This document shows positions 13,024-22,900 of a DNA stretch of 64,000 bases, in pieces (positions within the stretch are counted from its first letter, which is position 1; each line of letters starts with the position of its first letter). The translations under genes and the position numbers were made by a program. Source of the stretch: Macrostomum lignano (lineage: Eukaryota); NCBI GenBank assembly GCA_002269645.1, contig NIVC01003543.1:1-64000 (forward strand). Direction: 5' to 3'. The notes below the pieces were generated by a model. That model made no database searches. It was not told the origin of the DNA and worked only from the letters and a program-made list of their open reading frames with translations.

Positions 13024-13338
13024 TCAGCGGGCGCCAGCAGCCGGTCGCCAGACGGCGCTCTGCCTCTTCTTGCCGAAGCGGAACATCTGGCGCTTGCCGT
13101 AACGAAACATGCCCCGCTTGAGGGCGGACAGGTACTCGGCGCCTGCCATTGGCGACGGTTGCTGGGCTGTCCACCACCACGGACGGTGACGGGCCGGGGC
13201 AGCGGCCTGCCAGATGCTTGTTGGACTCTTGACGGGACTCTCCGGTGTGCAGCTGCAGTTCACAGCGCCTGCGGTTAGCAGTGTAGCAACCAGCAGCTGT
13301 AGAGCAACTGTGGAACTGGGTCTGGTAAACTCGGGCAT
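13024..13338 (-). CDS. Amidated neuropeptide precursor (GMFRYamide + QMFRFamide; FMRFamide-related, possibly sNPF/PrRP-type), 104 aa, intronless CDS
   Basis: ATG at 13338. The N-terminus is hydrophobic and signal-like (MPEFTRPSSTVALQLLVATLLTAGAVNC). KR-GMFRYG-KR-QMFRFG-KKR gives dibasic convertase sites and Gly amide donors. Confidence 0.88.
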   Translation of the reverse strand: MPEFTRPSSTVALQLLVATLLTAGAVNCSCTPESPVKSPTSIWQAAAPARHRPWWWTAQQPSPMAGAEYLSALKRGMFRYGKRQMFRFGKKRQSAVWRPAAGAR

Positions 13339-13812
13339 TCTCGATTGTTCCGTTCCTGGAAGTCTCTCGGGTGTTGAATCTCTCAAAGCTCTGTGCTCAG
13401 CTCTGCTTAACGCTTCACTTTTTAAATCGGGGCGCAGAGTTCGGGATTGGCAGCCAATCAAACAGAGTGACAGATTGGCGGCCTGCGCATAATAATAAAA
13501 CAAATTCTTTGCTTTGTTAATGGCTTCCACATGTTCAACAAATCCAGGCGGTAGAAGTGGAATTTCAAGTCAACATTACCGGATAATGGACAACTCGGAA
13601 AAGCAGCTGCTGGCTCCTTGAGCTCGAGCAGAGAAATGAAAGCGGCACGATGTGGTCTCTGGTTTTACTGCTTGTCATGCAATCGTAAAAACCAATGCTT
13701 TTAGCTCTGTAATGGCAATGCATGTCTGATGCTCTGCTGTTTGCAGTTCAATTGAATGCTTTGTGAATTTCTGCCCGGTTTCATTTACTGGCAAGATGAC
13801 CAGGATACCACT

Positions 13813-15885
13813 TTCAGGTGCTTACTGAATGACTGGAGTGGAGTTTCAGGTGCTTACTGAATGACTGGAGTGGAGTTTCAGGTGCTTACTGAATGACTGG
13901 AGTGGAGTTTCAGGTGCTTACTGAATGACTGGAGTGGAGTTTCAGGTGCTTACTGAATGACTGGAGTGGAGTTTCAGGTGCTTACTGAATGACTGGAGTG
14001 GAGTTTCAGGTGCTTACTGAATGACTGGAGTGGAGTTTCAGGTGCTTACTGAATGACTGGAGTGGAGTTTCAGGTGCTTACTGAATGACTGGAGTGGAGT
14101 TTCAGGTGCCTACTGAATGACTGGAGTGGAGGTTCAGGTGCTGAATGACTAAAGTGGAGGTTCAGGTGCTTACTGAATGACTGGAGACCAGTTTCAGATG
14201 CTTACTGAATGACTGAAGTGGAGTTTCAGGTGCTTACTGAATGACTGGAGTGGAGTTTCAGGTGCATACTGAATGACTGGAGTGGAGTTTCAGGTGCTTA
14301 CTGAATGACTGGAGTGGAGTTTCAGATGCATACTGAATGACTGGAGTGGAGTTTCAGGTGCTTACTGAATGACTGGAGTGGAGTTTCAGGTGCTTACTGA
14401 ATGACTGGAGTGGAGTTTCAGGTGCTTACTGAATGACTGGAGTGGAGTTTCAGGTGCATACTGAATGACTGGAGTGGAGTTTCAGGTGCTTACTGAATGA
14501 CTGGAGTGGAGTTTCAGGTGCTTACTGAATGACTGGAGTGGAGTTTCAGGTGCTTACTGAATGACTGGAGTGGAGTTTCAGATGCATACTGAATGACTGG
14601 AGTGGAGTTTCAGGTGCTTACTGAATGACTGGAGTGGAGTTTCAGATGCATACTGAATGACTGGAGTGGAGTTTCAGGTGCTTACTGAATGACTGGAGTG
14701 GAGTTTCAGGTGCTTACTGAATGACTGGAGTGGAGTTTCAGGTGCTTACTGAATGACTGGAGTGGAGTTTCAGGTGCTTACTGAATGACTGAAGTGGAGG
14801 TTCAGGTGCTGAATGACTAAAGTGGAGGTTCAGGTGCTTACTGAATGACTGGAGACCAGTTTCAGATGCTTACTGAATGACTGAAGTGGAGTTTCAGGTG
14901 CTTACTGAATGACTGGAGTGGAGTTTCAGGTGCATACTGAATGACTGGAGTGGAGTTTCAGGTGCTTACTGAATGACTGGAGTGGAGTTTCAGATGCATA
15001 CTGAATGACTGGAGTGGAGTTTCAGGTGCTTACTGAATGACTGGAGTGGAGTTTCAGATGCATACTGAATGACTGGAGTGGAGTTTCAGGTGCATACTGA
15101 ATGACTGGAGTGGAGTTTCAGATGCATACTGAATGACTGGAGTGGAGTTTCAGGTGCTTACTGAATGACTGGAGTGGAGTTTCAGGTGCTTACTGAATGA
15201 CTGGAGTGGAGTTTCAGATGCTTACTGAATGACTGAAGTGGAGTTTCAGGTGCTTACTGAATGACTGAAGTGGAGGTTCAGGTGCTGAATGACTAAAGTG
15301 GAGGTTCAGGTGCTTACTGAATGACTGGAGACCAGTTTCAGATGCTTACTGAATGACTGAAGTGGAGTTTCAGGTGCTTACTGAATGACTGGAGTGGAGT
15401 TTCAGGTGCATACTGAATGACTGGAGTGGAGTTTCAGGTGCTTACTGAATGACTGGAGTGGAGTTTCAGATGCATACTGAATGACTGGAGTGGAGTTTCA
15501 GGTGCTTACTGAATGACTGGAGTGGAGTTTCAGATGCATACTGAATGACTGGAGTGGAGTTTCAGGTGCTTACTGAATGACTGGAGTGGAGTTTCAGGTG
15601 CATACTGAATGACTGGAGTGGAGTTTCAGGTGCTTACTGAATGACTGGAGTGGAGTTTCAGGTGCTTACTGAATGACTGGAGTGGAGTTTCAGGTGCTTA
15701 CTGAATGACTGGAGTGGAGTTTCAGGTGCTTACTGAATGACTGGAGTGGAGTTTCAGGTGCTTACTGAATGACTGGAGTGGAGTTTCAGATGCTTACTGA
15801 ATGACTGAAGTGGAGTTTCAGGTGCTTACTGAATGACTGAAGTGGAGGTTCAGGTGCTTACTGAATGACTGAAGTGGAGACTCAA
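13813..15885. repeat. 32-bp intergenic minisatellite (TTCAGGTGCTTACTGAATGACTGGAGTGGAGT)n
   Basis: About 64 highly homogeneous units. A variant block (GGTTCAGGTGCTGAATGACTAAAG...GGAGACCAG) recurs near 14130, 14800 and 15275. Confidence 0.97.
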
Positions 15886-16150
15886 ATGCTACAGGATACA
15901 GAAAAGCTTACTAAATAAGCAGGAAATAAGTTTCTGATGTACAAGAAACATGAATTATTAATTAGAAACGTGTATTTAAGCAAGGATACTTTGTGATTTC
16001 TGTTTCTAAAAGAAATAACCCTAAAGACTTTAAAACTTCGTTTATTTACGAGGTTCACTGTAACTGTGTGCCTATAAGGCCTAAAAAATATTGCTCAAAC
16101 ATGCGATTATCAGAGTTATTGTCATGTTCGGTCAAGCCTAATAACGCCTG

Positions 16151-19100
16151 TCACAGGTCCATCGTCAGCGGGACCGAACTTTCAATCCCAGCTCCATTGC
16201 TGAAAAATTTCAGAAGATCAAATAATAAGAGATATCGAATGAAAGAATAGATTAAAAGCGCAGATATTTCTACTGCAAGTAGACTAATTAGGACCTTACC
16301 CGGCCTCTAATTTCTCTTCGATGGTCGCAGCCAGCAAGAGTTTCGGGCTGAGCGTGACCGCTGCAGCAGATCTGCCGAACTTTGAGCCTCTCTGGAACGT
16401 GTATCGAACTATTAATTATGAGTATTAAGGTGAGCTTGCTACCTTAGGTTAGCTTAGGGTTGTATTGCCATCCACAGTCATGAGAGCCAGCCCCCAAGGC
16501 ACACAGAGTGTACATGCCTGATTAATAAACAGTCAGGGCGATTGTACACCCTGTGTGAGCGTGTGTATGATTGTATGCCTGCGTACAGTATTGGCGCGCT
16601 TGTGTGTGCTCAGGAGTCAGCGGAGTGGGCAGAATCGATTATTATAATTAAATCAACCCCAATCACCAGATCTACTTGTCCCATGCACCTACCATGTCCG
16701 AGACTGCAGGTGCCGACTGTCTCCTAAGACCGAGTCGATAGGGAGCCGGGGGAGCTGCGTCGATTGTCTGAAATTCGGTTTTGAATATTGAAAACTGAAT
16801 TCTTTCATAGCAGGTGCGAACCTGTCTCTCTCCCTGCATCCACTGTCTCTCTCCCTGCATCCACTGTCTCTCCCTGCATCCACTGTCTCTCTCCCTGCAT
16901 CCACTGTCTCTCCCTGCATCCACTGTCTCTCCCTGCATCCACTGTCTCTCCCTGCATCCACTGTCTCTCTCCCTGCATCCACTGTCTCTCTCCCTGCATC
17001 CACTGTCTCTCTCCCTGCATCTACTGTCTCTCTCCCTGCATCCACTGTCTCTCCCTGCATCCACTGTCTCTCTCCCTGCATCCACTGTCTCTCCCTGCAT
17101 CCACTGTCTCTCTCCCTGCATCCACTGTCTCTCTCCCTGCATCCACTGTCTCTATCCCTGCATCCACTGTCTCTATCCCTGCATCCAGCGTCTGTCTCCC
17201 TGCATCCGCTGCTCAGTCGGAACCTTGAACTCCTTCTCCGTGGCATCGTCGCTGACGACAGGCGGGGCCGAGTCCCGCTGACTCGGCAGGGTGTCCAGCG
17301 GCGGCAGCGGCGGCGCCGAAGGCTCCTTTGGCTCCGGCAGGCGTCGGCGCACCCGAATGTGGACAACACCGTCGGTGACCACAGCGTCGACAAGTCGACG
17401 AGCGATCTCTTCGGTGCTGGACGATGCCGCAGAACTGGGTGACTGGGAGAGGGCGGGCTGGCCGTCCACCGACAAGAGTTCGTCGCCTGGGCGAATTCCG
17501 CATCTGTTGGGGGAAATCGGGAAAATGCTGGAATATGCTTAGAGTAGTATGTACTCGTATGTATGTATGTTTTGCTTAACATCACTCGTGCTGACTTGTA
17601 TGGGGATTTGTATGGGGATAGGTGGCAGGTAAGGGAGTGAGGTGGCTGGGTAAGGTACTGAGGTGGCTGGGTTAGGGAGTGAGGTGGCTAGGTAGGGGAT
17701 TGAGGTGGTGGGGTAAGGGAGTGAGGTGGCTGGGTAAGGGATTGAGGTGGTGGGGTAAGGGAGTGAGGTGGCTGGGTAGGGGATTGAGGTGGCTGGGTAA
17801 GGGATTGAGGTGGTGGGGTAAGGGAGTGAGGTGGTTGGGTAAGGTAGAGGGGTGGCGGGGTAAGGGAGTGAGGTGGCGGGATAAGGGAGTGAGTTGGTTG
17901 GGTAAGGGAGTGAGGTGGCGGGGTAAGGGAGTGAGGTGGCGGGGTAAGGGAGTGAGGTGGTTGGGTAAGGGAGTGAGGTGGCGGGGTAAGGGAGTGAGGT
18001 GGCGGGGTAAGGGAGTGAGGTGGCGGGGTAAGGAAGTGAGGTGGTTGGGTAAGGGAGTGAGGTGGCGGGGTAAGGGAGTGAGGTGGCGGGGTAAGGGAGT
18101 GAGGTGGCGGGGTAAGGAAGTGAGGTGGTGGGGCTAGGGAAACATTTTAGGCGCGGATTTAGTTGGCAAAAAGTATTAATAACTAAAAACAGAAATCATT
18201 TTTGCTAGTGCTTTTTGGCGCTTTTTACAAGACCTAAATTTTTTATTTTAGGTTGAGACAAACACCTTAGGCTGAACAAACATTACACTCCGTACACTCT
18301 GTACACAATTACACACTCACTTATCCGCCGGGCCATCAAGGTCAACTGAGGTCACCCGAACTGGGCAAGACGTCTCAGCGGCCGCGGCCGTGCCAACCGC
18401 GGTGCCCAGGTGCAGCCGGAAGCCCAAGCTGCGATTGCAAAATTCCACAGGATCAACGCTAGAGGCTCCGGACGAAACAGCAGCCGAAGTCGATCGCAGT
18501 GCTAGGAGCTCCTCGACTGCGTGTCGGCGACGCTGCTGACCCTGGTCAAGGTCGGAGTCCTGCAGGCTGCGGAATCTACGGGTGGGGAGCAGTGAGATTA
18601 GGGTGAGCAGTGAGTTGGGGTGAGCAGTGAGATGGGGTGAGCAGTGAGATGGGGTGAGCAGTGAGATGGGGTGAGCAGTGAGTTGGGGTGAGCAGTGAGA
18701 TGGGGTGAGCAGTGAGATGGGGTGAGCAGTGAGATGGGGTGAGCAGTGAGATGGGGTGAGCAGTGACATGGGGTGAGCAATAAGAATCCAAAAGCGCACT
18801 TCTCTCTAATCCGCTCGCCCAGAGGCCGATTGCGCAGTCGGACCTCTGCGCACTGGCGCGCCAGCTGCACTCGCGCGTCGTTCAGCTGCGCGGCTTCGAC
18901 CACCTCGGAGCGGCGCATCGCCCCGGCCGCCTGCAGGGAGCTGCGGCGGCTGCCAGCCCAGGAGGAGAAGCTCTGAGATGGGGATTCGAAAATCAATGTA
19001 CTTTTATTTTTTAAGACAGTCACGTGACTACTGTGCCACAATAATTTAAGCAGAGTTGGCCGTGGTTAGTAAGCAACTGAGTAGCTTAGCGGTAAAGGCG

Positions 19101-19368
19101 AGTGACCTCTGTGGTTCGTGGTTCGATTCCGTGCGCGGCCAATATTAATTTGACGCTTGTGCACACGAAAATTGAGGCATAGCCCCAATTAAAATATTGC
19201 CACGGGTGGAATCCAACTCGTGGCGTCTTGTTTGTTGCTGGGGGTCGCCGAAGCAGCACCTTACACTGCAGGAAATTACTCAAGAGACCAGCAAGTTAAG
19301 TCAGCGCTCACCTGTCGCCAATCTTCATCAGACAGTTCGTCTCCCTGCTTCTCTCCGAAGCCTCCCAT
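16151..19368 (-). CDS. PDZ-domain protein of unrecognised family, 7 exons, 344 aa
   Basis: Exons 19368-19312, 18972-18800, 18575-18321, 17503-17224, 16821-16693, 16391-16300 and 16199-16151 are all GT..AG, phase-consistent and total 1035 nt. The spliced product contains a PDZ signature: SLGFRLHLG...PVRVTSVDLDGPADK|CGIRPGDELLSVDG...VVHIRVRRR. The last three exons are supported by splice logic only. Confidence 0.75.
16823..17205. repeat. 21-23 bp minisatellite (TCCCTGCATCCACTGTCTC[TC])n in PDZ gene intron 4
   Basis: About 17 tandem units that fill nearly the whole intron. Confidence 0.95.
17625..18137. repeat. 21-bp G-rich minisatellite (GGGGTAAGGGAGTGAGGTGGC)n in PDZ gene intron 3
   Basis: About 24 tandem units. 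Confidence 0.95.
18581..18780. repeat. 17-bp minisatellite (GGGGTGAGCAGTGAGAT)n in PDZ gene intron 2
   Basis: About 12 tandem units. Confidence 0.95.
19058..19141 (+). pseudogene. Degenerate tRNA-like / tRNA-derived Pol III element, antisense in PDZ gene intron 1
   Basis: A-box TAGCTTAGCGG, B-box GGTTCGATTCC and a 7-bp terminal pairing GGCCGTG/CGCGGCC followed by A. No canonical anticodon arm is present. Confidence 0.45.
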
Positions 19369-19976
19369 TGGGAACACAGTTGCCTCTCAGTTCTCAATGC
19401 GACCCGATCGAAATCGAAAGTGCCAACTCTGCAGCTGTGAGCAGTGTAAGACCGGAATAGTGTATTAAATTGGCTAAAGTCTGTTATCAGCCGAACGCAG
19501 TTGAAATATTGGCTTTGAAAGATAACCGCCTTGCACCTTTGAACCTTGAAATTCCTAGCAATTTCCATATTAGATCAAATCAAAGAAAGCCAGTGTTATC
19601 TTGAATGTTGTTAGATTTGAAAACTTGAAAGTACAGAGCGGTACGCGGGTGTGCGTTAATTGCCGTGTATTTGCATTGCCTTTATAAAGAGGCAAAAAAT
19701 TAGCCGAATAAAATTCAAATGCAAGCGACCAGAGTTTCTATTTTTAGACGCAGAAACGGTTAAAAAAATTATTTTGCACCAGCTTAGTGAAAAATATGAA
19801 TATAAACTTACAACGCTACTTTTTGCCTAGATTGAGTAGTGTAAATAGTGCATAAAAAAGAAACTGCCAGAAATATGTTTACATTTTTTTGAGAAATCAA
19901 TAATAAACGACCAACACTACTTAATTAGCCAAAAAGTGAGTTGTGTAACTAGCACAGAAATTATTGGCAAATTAAT

Positions 19977-22900
19977 CTACGACCCTGACTTCTGGTAGGC
20001 GTCGAGCAGATTGTGAAACGTTCGCACTCGAACTGGCCGACGAACGGCGTTGCTGAAGCCTTCGTTGAAGCGGAACCAGATGCGATCGTTCAGCAGGCTT
20101 TTGGGGCCGGCAGAAGCGGCGGAGGTCGACAGTTTCTCCGCGGCAGCCGGAGCGGCGGCGGCGGCAGCAGCGGGCGTAGAAATCGGTCGGCCAAAAAAGT
20201 CGCGCACCACCGGCGCCGGCGCCGATGCCGAAGCCACCGCCGAGGCGGTCGCCGCCGCGCTTGGCGCCAAGCCGCGCACCGTGTCGGCCAGTCGGCGACG
20301 CTCCGGCGTTGAAGTCGACTTGGCCGGCGCACTAGCACCGGTAGTCGACGCCGACGTCGGCGCCGACGGGCCCAGACGAGCGGCGGCGGCGGCGTCGGCA
20401 CGACGAAGTCGCTCAGCCTGCAGCTCGCGGGCCACCAGCTGCTTGACTGCGCCGCTGAGGGGAGGCCGTCGGCCAGCCGATGTTGATGTCGTCGATGTCG
20501 TCGTCGTCGCCGCTGGAGGTGCGGCAGCGGGCGGCTCGGAGAAGCGCACCAGCTGGTCCAAAGGCGGCTCCAGGGCGAACTGCATCTGCCCGTCTGGTAA
20601 GCGCTGCTGCGTGTAGTGTAGCCTGGGGGCGGAGCGGCGGTGCTACGAGTATTGTAGCGAATAGTTGCTGCAGGGTACTTTTGAATCTGAAGATGCTTAA
20701 CAATAATCTATGAATTACGGTCGTAAAAGTGTTTACTGTCATGAAACAAAAACCGAAAATACCCTAAAACTGAAAAATCTCCCAAAACTAAAAAATCCCC
20801 GCAAAACTGAAAAATCTCCCAAAACTAAAAAATCCCCGCAGAACTGAAAAATCTCCTAAAACTAAAAAATCCCCGCAAAACTGAAAAAATCAAAAAACTG
20901 AAAAATCCCTGCAAAACTGAAAAATCTTCCAAGACTGAAAAATGCTTCAAAACTGAAAACTTCCCCAAAACTGAAAAATCCCTGCCATAAATAAATCGTA
21001 AACATCCCAACTAAAAGAATCAAACGCCTCACCCATAGCAGATCATACAGTCGACAAGAGTTGCCAGATCCCTGCGCTCCTTAGCGGTGTACAGGTGGGT
21101 GCTGACAGGCCGCAGACTGGGCTGCAGGATGTCCAGCAGGCAGGGCGCCAGGTCCAGCACCAGACAGTCGCGGCCGATCCGGCAGGCGGGCGGCAGGTCG
21201 GTCTGGACGCCTTTGGCGATGCCTGCGCGCTGCGACTGCAGCTGCTGCAGGGCCAGGCCGCGCAGCTCCGGCGGCGGCAGCGACAGGCGAGGAGCGCGAC
21301 GGCCGGCCAGCTGGTGCCGACAGGCCAGCAGGGCGAAGCTGCGAGGGTTGGACGGTGTGGGAGCGCGGGATAAATAGGTGGGATTCAGTGGAGATGATTC
21401 AGTGGAGATGATTCAGTGGAGATGATTCAGTGGAGATGATTCAGTGGAGATGATTCAGTGGAGGTGATTCAGTGGAGATGATTCAGTGGAGATGATTCAG
21501 TGGAGATGATGATTCAGTGGAGATGATTCAGGGGAGATGATTCAGTGGAGATGATGATTCAGTGGAGATGATTCAGTGGAGATGATTCAGTGGAGGTGAT
21601 TCAGTGGAGATGATTCAGTGGAGGTGATTCAGTGGAGATGATTCAGTGGAGGTGATTCAGTGGAGATGATTCAGTGGAGATGATGATTCAGTGGAGATGA
21701 TTCAGTGGAGATGATGATTCAGTGGAGATGATTCAGTGGAGGTGATGATTCAGTGGAGATGATTCAGTGGGGATGATGATTCAGTGGAGATGATGATTCA
21801 GTGGAGATGATGATTCAGTGGAGATGATTCAGTGGAGATGATTCAGTGGAGATGATTCAGTGGAGATGATTCAGTGGAGATGATTCAGTGGAGATGATGA
21901 TTCAGTGGAGATGATTCAGTGGAGATGATGATTCAGTGGAGATGATTCAGTGGAGGTGATGATTCAGTGGGGATGATGATTCAGTGGAGATGATTCAGTG
22001 GAGATGATGATTCAGTGGGGATGATTCAGTGGAGATGATTCAGTGTCGGGTGATGATTCAGGGGAGGCACTATCAGAGAAGTCATCAGCTCACGGAGCGT
22101 ATTTGGCCAGCGCAAACGCGTCATTCTGCCTGCCAGAGAAGCAGACGGCGCCCAGGATGTCGTGAAAGCGCAGCCAGTCCGCCACCGCCGCGGCCCGCTT
22201 GGTGTCCCTGGCAGCCAGCGGGTAATTGTGGTGCAGGCATTCGGCCAAGCGCTCGTCCGACTCGGAGCAGGCGGCCAGGACGGACGAGTCCAGCGGCTGG
22301 CGGCTGAATAGGCGGCCCAGGATGGACATCAGCGACTCGCCCGTGTCGCGAAGGCCGACCACCGAGTGGCTCGCGTCTGGCGGGGGTTGTACGGGATTCA
22401 GTGAGCTGGTCCTCAGATAGGCCGCTGCTTCCCTAATGGTCCTCAGATGGGCCGCTGCGGCCCTAATGGTCCTCAGATGGGCCTCTACTTCCCTAATTGT
22501 CCTCAGATGGGCCTCTACTTCCCTAATTGTCCTCAGATGGGCCTCTACTTCCCTAATGGTCCTCAGATGGGCCTCTACTTCCCTAATGGTCCTCAGATGG
22601 GCCTCTACTTCCCTAATGGTCCTCAGATGGGCCGCTGCGGCCCTAATGGTCCTTAGAGGGCCGCTGCTGTCCCAATGGTCCTTAGAGGGCCGCTGCTGCC
22701 CTAATGGTTCTCAGACGGGCCTCTAGTTCCCTAATGGTCCTCAGATGGGCCGCTGCTGCCCTAATGGTCCTCAGACGGGCCGCTAGTTCCCTAATGGTCC
22801 TCAGATGGGCCGCTGCTGCCCTAATGGTTCTCAGACGGGCCGCTAGTTTCCATGGAATCACCCGACTAGCTTTCCTCCCTCACCAGGCCCGGCCTCGCCC

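Noticed and set aside
19190-19468. Plus-strand frame resembling a signal peptide followed by a Cys-rich peptide (VASCLLLGVAEA...CQLCSCEQC)
   Set aside because: There is no ATG after the upstream TAA, and it overlaps PDZ exon 1 and its splice sites on the opposite strand.
20013-20713. Plus-strand GC-rich ORFs over CTF18 and PDZ exons (also 13214-13492, 21087-21377, 25350-25706)
   Set aside because: They are antisense shadows of the coding exons.
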